Assembly: GCA_937625935.1 (NCBI GenBank)
Contig: OW569353.1
Coordinates: forward strand, 372,001-436,000
Length of the DNA: 64,000 nt
DNA from: Tetramitus jugosus
Taxonomy: Eukaryota; Protista; Heterolobosea
Reading direction: 5' to 3'
Notes under the pieces: model-generated
Database searches by the model: none
Seen by the model: the letters and a program-made list of their open reading frames with translations, nothing else
Told to the model about the DNA's origin: nothing
Position numbers and translations under genes: made by a program
In this document: in pieces, positions 45,997 through 58,094 of the stretch
Position numbering within the stretch: the first letter of the stretch is position 1
How the letters are laid out: every line of letters starts with the position of its first letter

Positions 45997-48194
45997 TCAA
46001 CTCTCTGAGTTGTTTATTTGGCTTTGCAGATGAGAGATATAGTTTGTGTAGTCGCTGATCAATTGTTCCCTCTCTTTGGCCATATCTTCAAGCAGTTTGT
46101 CCTTCTCTGCCAGAGAACGTTTCATCTCCTCTAATTGTTGCGCATTGACCTTATTGTTGTTGGTTGACTCGGAGCTCATTAGATTAGCCAACTGAGTTTG
46201 TAGACTGTCATCATCAATTCCATCCAAATCTAGATTGTCTAGGTACTCGTCCAACAAAGCGTCATCGTCATCGTTACCGTCGTCTATGATTCCCTGTAAA
46301 TCATCATCATCCACTGGCAGGTCAGACCCATGCGATGGGTAAATATTTGACTGTTCTTCAGGTTCTTGTGTCTTCAACTGTTGTTGATCGTTGACTTCAT
46401 TTGAAGCGAAGAACTCGGCCCACTCTTCAGGATTAAATTCTAGAGACCATTCAATAGCTGTTTTGAACACTTGGATTGCACGTGAACTCTCTTCATCTAA
46501 ATTATCCATAAAATCTTCCACATAACTAAGAATACAACTGATTTGATCGACCTTGGCCTTTAGAAGAACATAGAGAGCGATAGGACATTCATGTTGGGAA
46601 AAGCCCTCGAAAGGCACTCCCTTATCCGTAGAATAGGACTGAGCTTCCTCGATTAAATCTATATGCGCTTTTAGTATAACAGCGAGTTGGTCATCTGGGC
46701 CTACGTAGCGCGAAATCTTTTTAAGTGTATCAATTGCACGAGAGTATGCCACTTGTCCCTCCAATGGACAGAACTGATCGGCCACTTCAAAATTCTGTAA
46801 TGATAGCATAGAGAGCTTCCTCAGTTGAGCATCTCTCAGTTGATTTTGACTTTGAATCGCGTATACATACAGCAATTGATCATACACCTGTCCTACAACA
46901 GTATCTACAATAGATTGCCATACGAGATAACCATTCATTGATCCTTTTTCTTCCAACTCTTTCCGTGCGTGGTCTTCATCTGGTATGTACAGGATGCTTC
47001 TGATTGAAGGATCAAAGGCGATCCACTGATTCGTGATCACTTCACTTAATTGTACACAAAATGTCTTAATTGTAGCTACGGCTTCCTTCACGTTTAACCA
47101 CAATGAACTCTGATCGAATTCCTCTTTAAATAATTCAGCAAATTTCTGAAGCACGGTTGCTAAAGGATGAAAGTCGAGTTTCTTGGCCGATGAATTCAAA
47201 TGTTGTCGAATATAGTCGTCTTTTCGCTGAACAGAAGCCAAAAACACAAGAAACTGCTCTTCCACGTCAATAGCATCCCAACAATTCTTAAAATCAAAAT
47301 ATCGAACAATAATCTCCAATAGCTTGTCCGCATTGGGCGACGAGTAATGCTTTGAACAAACACTAATTCGCTTCATTTGTGACATTGACCTCCGATTCGG
47401 TAATAGACCTCCACTACTACCAGCAGAGAAAAACCGTTTCAAAGACGTGTCTCGATACTCTCGCTTCCTCACTGCAATCCTTAAATATTGCTCTAATTGA
47501 TAACGGTCCATCTTCAACCGTTCCATTGTTCTTGTCAATTGTTTCACCGTGTCATAATCCGAGTCTTGCATCGGTGATCCCGATATGATATTGACACGCT
47601 TCTTCACATCCTCACGGTCCTCATCGATTTGAGTAATGGCACTTTGAAGTTCCTCTAGACTCATATCGATTGGTGCTTTTGTCATTGTAAAGTACGATGG
47701 CAGTGACTCAGGTAATTGATGGGCAGTAAAGGTTAACGTTGGTGTTGGCTGCCTATTTGGTTGGTCTTGTTTCTGCTGTTGTTCTTGTTGCTGTTGTTCA
47801 AAGATGACAGAGGATCGATGGATGCACTGATTGGCAATTTTGAATATTGATTGAATCTGATTTGGTTCCTCCTGTTGCAAATCATATGTGGACATGTATT
47901 GTCCGATCAAGCCAATACAATTCCCATATTCTTTGACTGCAAACTGATATCAGTGGAGTGATGGAGAAATGACATGTTAGTCGTCTGCTATTTGTCTCTG
48001 CTGAGATCACAAAAAAACAAGAATCAATAATTGCGAACAAAAAAAAGATTGCATTGACATCCATAGGGTGTTGGTGGGTGGATGATACTCACGTGATATT
48101 GCTTTTCCATGTCATAGTGTAAGCCTCTGCTGCACACACTCGTGATGGCAGTAAGCATGGTTTTTGAGGGATGGGGTGTGTCTGGACGTTGCAT
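45997..48194 (-). CDS. VPS9D1-like protein (MIT + VPS9 domain), 2 exons
   Basis: Intron 47944-48092 joins RGLHYDMEKQYH|FAVKEYGNCI...FKIANQCIHRS (MIT-like) to a VPS9-like region AIDTLKKI...PDDQLAVI...PIALYVLLKAK. Acidic and coiled-coil tail. Confidence 0.68.
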
Positions 48195-48458
48195 CTTTGT
48201 CAAATTCAAATAACACACCGAATAAGCTTTCGAAGTCACAGATTTTGTTGTTGTTGGTTGTGTTTTTGATTTTGTTTTTTCAGGTCGTCAAGCCAAAAGG
48301 GACTACCAGCGGCGAATTTGTCGGAAGTCCCTGTCACCGGTGACAAGAAGGGAATTGGAACTTTGTTGGCTGTGCACACTACAGGTTTGGTGGGCATAAG
48401 GTTTTTATTCCATGTGCGTTCACATGTGTTGTTGAATGGATTCCAGGGTTGATAAACT

Positions 48459-48809
48459 CTATTCTCCCAATGTATCATTCTGATAGAGGTTCCAATAGGT
48501 TTCCAGATCTTTAATGAGTACTCGTTCGAGTGGATTCCGTGTTTGATAACCGGACGATGTAAGTCTGGACAATAAGGTTTCCACCATGTGTTCCAACACC
48601 TCTTCTTCTTCATCGTACTCAATCTGTCTTTCTTCATCGTAGCCATACAGTATCATGTAGCGCCTATAAGCTTCCTGTACCTTCAGATAGTATTCAGGTC
48701 TGATAATTGTAGTTGTATGTTGTTCATTGATCAGTCCAGTGTGAGGGTTGATTCTTGTAGATTGTTTCTCTTGTTGGATGGATACAATTCGTGGATTATT
48801 TGATCTCAT
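48459..48809 (-). CDS. Small hypothetical protein
   Basis: About 116-aa ORF with protein-like composition between the calcineurin and VPS9D1-like genes. Confidence 0.45.
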   Translation of the reverse strand: MRSNNPRIVSIQQEKQSTRINPHTGLINEQHTTTIIRPEYYLKVQEAYRRYMILYGYDEERQIEYDEEEEVLEHMVETLLSRLTSSGYQTRNPLERVLIKDLETYWNLYQNDTLGE

Positions 48810-48943
48810 GGTTTGGTACAATGTGTTCGAGTTTGTGGGCCCATGAATTCAGTTCGTTGGTTCAATTGCGGCTGATCTGAATGAACTTTGTGCCAGGATG
48901 CAATAAAATTTAGTGTTTATTTTTGTCAGGTGGAATGAACTTG

Positions 48944-50789
48944 TTAGTCAAATTGATCTTCAGAATCTACCTTGATTGTGGGGCTCTGAGCTGGTGCATC
49001 TGGCAGAATAATACGACCAGAATTGGTTCTTCTGAGTGGTTGCGATGTCGTGTCTACTTCCCTGTAATTTGGAGGTATTTTCTCATTTGCTAGATCCAAT
49101 TGACGTGCAGTCTCAAAATCAGCAACAGCAGTCTTGATGGCGGATGGTCCTTGAGACAACAATCCCTGTGGAATCACACCACCGGCCAATCCTTTGAGCA
49201 TGACAATACTTTCCTGCTCCTCTCTTAATGTTGTGTACATTCGGCACAAACGACCAACGCTTCTAATCTTTGTCTTGATGAGATCTGCTCTCTCCCTATC
49301 AATCAAAGGTTTCTCCTTTGCTTCTCCACCTTCTTCATCGGATGATTCCTCATCCTCATCGCATGTACTCAAAATGACTTGGAACATGTCCATCACCTTC
49401 TCGACAACAAATGGAAGAGACCAATTGAAAGCGTTCATAAAATTAGGCAAATAGTATGGATGAACAGAGCAATTGAATTGTCTAATGTTCATCAAATTAT
49501 TCTGGAAACGAATGATTGCGCCCTTGTTATTGTACACATCGCAGTAGTTTGGTGCTGAGAAGATACATATGACTGTGGGGAATTGGGTCTGTGCGCCTCT
49601 CTTATACAATCTATAACCTTCATCTTGAGCTTCATGAGCACGGATCACAGATAATAAGTTATTTGATTTCAAAAAGTTGGTGACAGCCTCATATGAAAAC
49701 ACATAGGAACAACCACGGATATCATTGTTCACAAATTGCAATTCGTTGCTTGTATCTTCTTCCTCGTCGTCCATTGGATCACTCCACAATAAATCACACA
49801 TAGGTCCATTGGAAGGTGGTTCTCTGTATCGATCGATATCACAAATATCTTCCATCTATTGGATCAAAAGAGAGAGAGAGCGGATGAGCATTCAGAAGAC
49901 GAGAGAGGCACTTACACTCACCAACAACAACAACATCAATAGAAAAAAGCACATACGGATCGAATATCAGGTGACAATCCTCCATGAACACACAAAAATC
50001 TTCCATTCAACAATGCACCCAATGGCAAACAGTCGAAACATGCCATAAATGCATCATAAACATCCAAGTCATACTTGTAAAGACATTCCTGCTTGAAATT
50101 AAAGTATGCAGTCAAGTGTCTGCACTCATGATTTCCTCTAATCATGAAAAAAGTGGTTGGATATCGTAGCTTGTAGGACAAGAGAAGGAAGCAAACTTCT
50201 GTGCCGAAGCAACCTCTATCCACATAATCACCCAGAAACAAGTATCCTGTATCAGATGGTTCACCTCCAATCTCAAACAATTTGATCAGATCAAAGTACT
50301 GTCCATGAACGTCACCACACACTACACACGATCAAGAAAAAAATCACACAACCACACAACAACAATTGCTCTCTCGTTAGTCTCATGTTCACACACACAC
50401 ACATGAATTCAGAAAAAAAAACAACAACAACATGAAACACCACAAAATGACAATCACAACAAACACTATACACCGTCATTCAATTCACAAAAAAAAACAT
50501 ACGCACCTGTAATAGGATCTTGCAATTGAAGCAAATTAGGTTCTTTCCTCAGAACAGCAGCAGCCTTCTGAATCAATGCAATGGCGTCTTTTGGGTGAAC
50601 ACGACCTTCATTCAATAAATGTTTCTTTAGCTTTGGAATATTGGGCAATCCATCATCTTCAAACAAATCTTTTGTGTCAATGTAGGACCACAGTGGAGCA
50701 GGCACGTCCTTGACAACACGTGCATCGAATTGTCCTTTGACGATTTGAGATGTATTTAAGTCTGGTGCTGTGTTGGTATTGTCACTCAT
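48944..50789 (-). CDS. PPP3CA: Calcineurin A (PP2B catalytic subunit), 3 exons
   Basis: GDVHGQ, GDYVDRG, RGNHE and SAPNY motifs. CnB-binding [15 protein letters not shown], CaM-binding KTKIRSVGR and autoinhibitory [16 protein letters not shown] regions. Introns 50322-50506 and 49856-49956. Confidence 0.96.
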
Positions 50790-50961
50790 ATCGACCACAA
50801 TGTGTGAATCAGAATCAGTTGGTTGGTGATGAGTGTTTTTTTGGTGTGAGACGAAAAAAAACTGATTGCCGACGATCATGAACGGAGAAATCCCCATCCC
50901 AAAAACAAACTCAATTCCCTTGCACAAGAACACAACACCAACAATACTATTGAGGAAACAC

Positions 50962-53061
50962 ATGTCCGTGCGACGTCCTTTTTGGAATATTTATTTGCTT
51001 CCAATATTGGTGTTATTCACTGTTGTTTGTCTTGTTGACCTTCTGCACTGTGCTCAACAACAAAAATCATCGCATGCAATCGAAACGTCATTGAGAAAGA
51101 TTGACTTGAACAGTGTACCACCAAACCATGCAAAGAAAAACTCTGCGACAAGGTCATTGGCATCAAAACAAAGTATTACTGACTTTGATCCTGAGACCAA
51201 GAGAGAACAGAGAGAGCGCATTGAACATGAACAGATGGATAGAAAGAAAATGATTGAGCTGACAAGAAATCACACGATTCACACTCTTCCAAAGAATGAC
51301 AAGGCATCTTTACTAATGAAGAATGCTGTGACTAATGCTGATCAAGCGTTAGTAGAAAAACAAAATGGTGGTAGTGGAAACGTGAACAAGAACGATGAGA
51401 AGAGTGGCGATAATGATAGTAATAAGAGTAACAATGATGATGATAATGATAGCAGCGGATATAATAATGAGCGTGCTCAAAGCAAGGATGGTGGAGATGA
51501 AGATGCAGTTCATTCTTCGAATAATTTGTTACTGATTACGCTTACGATTGTGATTGCGATCATGCTAACCTATTTGTTCTTAAAGTATGAGTTCAGGTAC
51601 CTCCCAGAATCGATTGCTACCATTTTTGTTGGTGGATTATTGGGTGCACTGCTTGTTATGAACGGGAAGACGACTGATGATGTGTTTCGGCTTGATACCG
51701 AATATTTCTTCTTGGTGTTTTTGCCACCAATTATATTCGAAAGTGGATATACTCTATCAAAGGCTGCCTTCTTCTCAAATATTGGTAGCATTTTGATATT
51801 TGCTGTGTTTGGTACAATGATCAGTAGTGCTGTCATTGGAATAGGACTCGGTCTGTTGGGTGTTCTACCCTGGATTGATGCGTTGGTGTTCGGAGCGATT
51901 CTTTCAGCCATTGATCCTGTGGCTACTTTGGCTGTGTTTCAAACAGTTGAAGTGGAATCTACTTTATCAACTCTGGTGTTTGGAGAGTCAGTATTGAATG
52001 ATGCTGTTTCTATTGTTTTATACAAGACATTTTATCAATTCTTGCAAGATGGGTTCTCAATGTATGCTTTGCTCAATGCATTTACGCACTTTACAATGAT
52101 TCTTTTTGGATCGACAGCTATTGGAGTGTTATTGGGTCTATTTACCTCTCTCATGTTTAAACACATCAACTTTAGGAAGTATCATTCGCTAGAAATGCCA
52201 CTAGTGTTCATTTGTTGCTATGTACCTTATTTGATTGGTGAAGGATTATCACTTTCTGGAATATTGTGCTTGTTAGCGAGTGCCATCGTCAATTCCCACT
52301 ATACACATTACAATCTGGCACATGAATCTCAAATTACCTTGCAATATGCATCAAAGGCTCTGTCTTTCATTTGTGAGACAATCGTGTTCGCTTATTTGGG
52401 ATTAGCGGTGTTTACATTCACACACAAGATTAACCTTGTGCTGATTATTGTTACAGTGGTATGTATTCAGAATCTATCCTTGCTTTTCATGACTATTCAA
52501 GATTAACTTATCTCTTTTGGGATCAACCACAGTTGCTTTGTCTGATTGGACGAGCATCCAATGTGTATCCATTAAGCTGGTTATGCAACATGTACCGTAC
52601 AAATCAAATTTCTAAAAACGCTCAAACGGTCATGTGGTTCAGTGGTTTGCGAGGTGCGATTGCGTTTTCATTATCGAGTAAGTAGTATTCATTTTGATTG
52701 CACATGTTTTGAATGATCTTTGGTAACAATAATTTTTTCAGTGACCTTGCCAGGAGAGAACCAGAATGCCATCGTTACTACAACTCTAATAATTTGTTTG
52801 TTGAGCATGTTCATATTGGGAGGAGGTACATTGCCATTGCTGAAACACTTGTATGGAGACTCCGGGGGGCGAACGACTCAATCCTCCAATAATGCTCCTC
52901 TCTCTTCAAAGAATCTTTTTGACAATTTCGATGCAAAGTATGTTCGACCATTCTTTTGTTCGCCGTCCGACCAACAGGCTGGTCTTGTTAGAGCAAAGCA
53001 CGACGCTCATAGGTCCGTTTCGGATGAGCTAAGAGAGTACGTGGACATCCAGCAGGATTGA
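50962..53061 (+). CDS. SLC9A8: Na+/H+ exchanger, CPA1 family (NHE8-like), 3 exons
   Basis: FFLVFLPPIIFESGY, SAIDPVATLAVF, VFGESVLNDAVSIVL and WFSGLRGAIAF motifs. Introns 52459-52532 and 52678-52741. N-terminal signal-like segment. Confidence 0.88.
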
Positions 53062-53653
53062 GTGTTGTAAGATATGAAGAGACCAATGAATCTTCTTGGG
53101 ACAACCCATCATGGAGTCAGTGCACACTCGGAATTTGATCGTAGTTGAAAATTTTCCAGTACGGCGGTTGAATCTACGGAAAACACGATCTACAGACCCT
53201 TTTGGGAGCGAAATGATTCCTACGACCCCCATTTTTTGGATGCCCGCCAAAAATTGGAGCCCTGAACAAGCGGAACTTTGAGCCCAACGTCCAACCGCCT
53301 ACAGCTCGTCGCATTCCCTCGTTTCCACTTGCTTCCCTCGCAGTACTTGAGCTCAAGAAAATTATTTGCTTGTGTATTCATTCACATTCAAACAAAATCA
53401 AAGACCAATAGTAGCTCTATCAAGCACACAAGCCCAATATTCATTGCTCTTCTCTGCTGAATCGCTACACAATCCAACATAGCTCTATTCCTACTGCGCA
53501 ACATAGCTTTTGATTTTAGCACAAATCACACATATCATACATAACTCATTTATCCTCCTACTACTCTAGCAGGATAGAAGTCACGCCTAGCAAAAGCATA
53601 GCTCTAAACTATCCCATCTAACATTTACACACAAACCATTAGTATACAAAAAA

Positions 53654-55207
53654 ATGGTCAAGGCAACACCAAGAACACTATCACCATCCAATGACGACAC
53701 ACAACAACCAGTGTGCGATCCATCCCAGATACCTCTAATGGCCCCAGAGTTCATGTCTCCATCCTTTTCTCAATCCATACAAACAGCCACGGAGTTCTTG
53801 AAACATTTACAGCATCAACAAATTGACCAACAACTTTTACAGATTCAAGAATATCAAAGCAAGGTGAAACAACAAGGTGAACAACCAAAGAGCAATGGAG
53901 TTCTTGCTCAATTGGCATCCAAAGACTTTAGAAGGTCAATCAACAGTCCAAACACATCCATTGGCTCTATGGATATGCACAACATTAGCATGGAGGGTTC
54001 TCCTATGCCAGCATTAGACTTTGAAGCAGCAGTCAAGCTAGAGAGATCATTCAGTGACGATGATAAGATTCTGACACACATGGAGCTGTATGATGAACTC
54101 AATGCAAGAAGAAGGAGTCATTCTACACCAATGAAACCAAGAACTGGCATACTTACCAAGCCAAAGCTAACGAAATCAAAATCTGCTGGCTCAATGAAGA
54201 GAAAGACTTGTAATCGATGGACAAAGGCTGAAAATGAAAAGTTGAAGGAGGCTATCGCTACTCTCGGAGAAAAGAAGTGGAACGATATTGCTCAATTTGT
54301 GGGCACAAAGAATAGCGATCAATGTAATCAACATTGGCACAGAGTCATCAACCCAAAGATTTCAAAGAAGCCATGGAGCGAAGAGGAAGATGATATCCTG
54401 ATTGACAGGGTATTCGATTATGGTGAAAGCTCTTGGAAGAGAGTTGCAGAGGGACTAGCTGGAAGAACAGATATTCAATGTAGACACCGATACATCATGT
54501 TAAAGAAGTATGAGAAGCAAGGGAAAGGAAGACCTATCGTTCGGAGACCGAAGCCTGAAGCTCCACCAGGACAAGAAATTCCATCTCCCAACCCTCATGT
54601 TATCATCTATACTCTAGATGAAGGTACATTAATACAAAGAAGACAATTCCCGAATATGAGCTTGGAGCTAGAGGACTGCAATATGAGTGGAGCAACACAA
54701 TACCCCACGAGAATGTACGATATCAATATTCAACAGGACGGAGGCATCAATTTTATTTCTCCAAGCAGCTTTTCAATCAACCTAACTCAAGGCGAGTCCG
54801 ATCACACTGGTGACCACAACATGAGAGCACTACAGGAATTTGGTCAAGAGCCTAAGGAAACTCATCCTGACATTAAAGTAGAAGAACAAGAAGAACAATA
54901 CCATCATGAAGCTACAGAGTGGGCTCAAATGGATTGCTATGATACAATATTAGCTGAAAAGCGAAACACAACTTCTCTACCCGAATTTGGTACATTTGGA
55001 TCAGAATACACCTCAGGCAGCAACTCTGGTGTATCTGTATTGGATCGTGCAATGAGTCAATGGGGAGATTTCACTTCAGAATCTTCAGCATGCTCCGCCA
55101 TTGCAAGAACAACGCATCCATCTCTCCCTGATGTTCTTAACGCCTCTGCATTTGAGAACACAATTGAGTCTGCCATGGATGAAAATGCTGACTGGATGCA
55201 TACATAA
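53654..55207 (+). CDS. Two-repeat (R2R3-type) MYB transcription factor A
   Basis: RWTKAENEKL...KWNDIA...QCNQHW and PWSEEED...SWKRVA...GRTDIQCRHRY repeats. Confidence 0.92.
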   Translation: MVKATPRTLSPSNDDTQQPVCDPSQIPLMAPEFMSPSFSQSIQTATEFLKHLQHQQIDQQLLQIQEYQSKVKQQGEQPKSNGVLAQLASKDFRRSINSPNTSIGSMDMHNISMEGSPMPALDFEAAVKLERSFSDDDKILTHMELYDELNARRRSHSTPMKPRTGILTKPKLTKSKSAGSMKRKTCNRWTKAENEKLKEAIATLGEKKWNDIAQFVGTKNSDQCNQHWHRVINPKISKKPWSEEEDDILIDRVFDYGESSWKRVAEGLAGRTDIQCRHRYIMLKKYEKQGKGRPIVRRPKPEAPPGQEIPSPNPHVIIYTLDEGTLIQRRQFPNMSLELEDCNMSGATQYPTRMYDINIQQDGGINFISPSSFSINLTQGESDHTGDHNMRALQEFGQEPKETHPDIKVEEQEEQYHHEATEWAQMDCYDTILAEKRNTTSLPEFGTFGSEYTSGSNSGVSVLDRAMSQWGDFTSESSACSAIARTTHPSLPDVLNASAFENTIESAMDENADWMHT

Positions 55208-55331
55208 GACCAAAGAAGGAATCAAAATCTCAAGGAGTCACAGATGCGTACAATGATGGGACTCAATTCAAACAAAGAGAGATGTACATTTTTGAGGCAT
55301 GTAGTATAAAATTGCAATTCTTTTTAAGTTT

Positions 55332-57431
55332 TCAATCGAATTGTGTATTGCTCAGAGGAAATGTATCTTCCTCCGTTTCTCGGACATACCCATGCGGAGG
55401 CATAAGTATTTGGTGAGTTTCTTCTTGTCTTGGATCAAAAAGTCCAAATCCTGAAAAGTAGCCCTGGTGTGTGTTGATACACTCTTGGGAGTAAATTCTT
55501 GGTTCAGTATATTCCTCGCTCTGTATTAAGCTGTATTCACCCGGCAAGGGTCCTTCCAGAGATAGATGAGCTACATTGGGAACTCCTGGTGAAGAAACAG
55601 AAGCATCATGGTACTCTTGAGGAATAGAATTGTAAGGTGAGTTGTCGATTGTTGTGTATTGAACACCTTGTAAATGTGGTACAGATTGATAGATTGCATT
55701 TGTGGGCTGTATCTCGTATTGACCTGGGCTAATTTGATATCCCGTATCTGGAACTTCTGACTTGTTCCCTATGGAAAGAGAGTTAGATCGTATCATTGCT
55801 AACTAGAATGAATAAAGAGAGCACATACTATTTTGCTGAGAAATCATGTGCAACGGCGGATTCTGTGATGCGTCATAGTATTCGCTGCATTGCACAACTT
55901 GAATTGGGTTATTGGAGATTACTGGATATACTTCTGCTGGTGACTCCGGAGACATGCTTGCTTGGTGGAAGCTTCTCCTTTTGGAGAAGGAATTACTTCT
56001 CTGTCTGGGGGAAGAGTAGGGAGAGGATCGTGGAGAGTTGTTCAAAACTAATTGTCTTGACGGGCTCTCCGGTGTTGCTATTTCAGAACTTTCTCCATAC
56101 CTAGGACTCAAATTCTTCTTCAGTTGAGTCCATCTATGCCGACACTGTAGGTCTGTCCTTCCTGTCAGTCCGTCCGAAATTTTCTTCCATGAGCTTTCTC
56201 CAAAGTCTCTTACTCTTCGAACTAGAACTTGATCTTCATCATCGGTCCAAGGTTTCTTGCTAATAGCAGGATTTAAGACTCTGTGCCAATGTTGATTGCA
56301 TTGATCACTGGTCTTGTTTCCAACATGTCGGGAGATTGCACTCCAATTCTTTCCATCGTTCATCACATAAGCTTCTATCAACTTCTTATTTTCTTCATCT
56401 GTCCATCTTGTACAAGAACGCTTCTTCCTGGCTTTTGGTGTTGTTGGTTTTAGCCTAAGAGCTGTTGGATCAGACGCAGATCTCCTCCGAGAAATATCAT
56501 GATTGTTAGCCAAGAATAGTTCAGCTGCATTCTGAGGGGAAATAGCTGGAGGACTGGTCAGTTGTGGAGAGTAAGTTGAATTCAAAGAATATGTAACATT
56601 ACTCATTGTTTCTTCTGGGATAGAAAGGGGTGGTGGAGGGAATGTTCTATGATTCAAATGTTGCTGAGAGACATGATTCTCCTGCATGGAATATATCGAA
56701 GGGTTCACCTGCTGAGAAAAATACTGGGAGCCAGATGGAGAGTTAACTTGAGAGGTGGAAGGCCCTTCAAAGTTCTGTTGAGAACTCGTATTACTGTTAA
56801 GTTGAGTTGTATTAGTTGTCATAACAGTGTTGGGATAGTTGGATGGTTCAAATGATTGATTATTGAACGATTTAGCGACATATTGAGTTTGGCCATTAGA
56901 GGGATAATTTCCATTTTGACTATTGTTCATCTCATAAGCTTGTTGAAATGAGAAAGAGGTCATTTCATAGGCCTGAGATGCGTTTGCTGGACTATTGGAA
57001 GCAACATATGAATTTTGGTTGTTCTCAGTCGAGTAAGTGACAAAATTGGAGTGCTGGTACGAAAGATCTTGAGGTACCTGTTGAGAAGTCTCATTGGAGC
57101 TCAGTAGAACTTGTTGCTGTGGTTGTTGTAGTTGTGGCAATACCGTTTGAGGTGGTTGAACTCTGGGTTGAGAGGACAGAACTTGTTGATAGGTGAACTG
57201 ATGTTGTTGTTGTTGTTGTTGGTTGTTGAACTCTCTTGGTTGTTGAGCTAACATGTGTCTACCAAAATCATTGTTCTCATATCGCTCAGGTATAGAAGAA
57301 GATGAGGAAGGGATGGGTTGTTGAGATGATAAATCATTCATCGAGGCAAATGAGTGCTGAACGTTCATGAGTACGTGATCATGTGAAGGCACAATCGTGT
57401 TAGAGGTAGGATGTTGTGAGAAAAAGCTCAT
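55332..57431 (-). CDS. Two-repeat (R2R3-type) MYB transcription factor B, 2 exons
   Basis: RWTDEENKKL...NWSAIS...QCNQHW and PWTDDED...SWKKIS...GRTDLQCRHRW repeats. Intron 55769-55828 (GTATGT, CTAAC, ATAG) links in frame to ORF 55332-55796. Confidence 0.88.
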
Positions 57432-58094
57432 GGTTGTTTCGATTTACTTCGAAAGAAGAGCTATATCACGAACAGGATGTTTCTTTCCTTGTCAGCAGTT
57501 TTCGAACAACGTGTCGTAGTTGAGAGTCCTGGCGCGATCGGGGAAGGATTACAAAAACCCAACGGGTGGAGAAATATGGTGAAGAGCTCATTTAAAACTT
57601 CCAAGAAGAATGAAAAGGGGTAACTGTAGTCAGCATGATCGTCGAGCAGGAGACGTATTGCTTTCGTCACTCAAGGGACAAATACTCCGCTCCCATCACC
57701 TATCCGTCCTGTCACTTCACTTTTTTTAGATCCCAAACAATCCACGGTTTCTAACATGCGGCGAAATGCAAAGTGACAACAACGACGCGAAGCAGCACGA
57801 AAAAAAGAGAAAACTGTCCCCACATCTTTAACGAGAAAAGTAGCCAGAAAACGACCCGTTGTCATTGTGTCCTCACATTCTCTCTTGTTATCATCTGTCT
57901 CACAATTGCCAACAATAACACAATAACCAACTGTGACAGGAACCAACAACAAACAACAACATTATCCTTTTGCAGCTGTCTTCAAGGGTACACTAAAAAA
58001 ACAACACCCACTCACAAACAACAACAACAACAACAACAGCACAAATAACACTACACGTGAGACTACTCATTAACCAAACAACAATCATCACAAC

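Noticed and set aside
48236-48646. 136-aa ORF overlapping the 48459-48809 ORF
   Set aside because: Alternative frame running into the VPS9D1-like promoter; no splice sites or motifs found to support it.
55796-55805. Stop readthrough or frameshift between ORFs 55803-57431 and 55332-55796
   Set aside because: A canonical 60-nt intron (55769-55828) with a CTAAC branch point joins them in frame.
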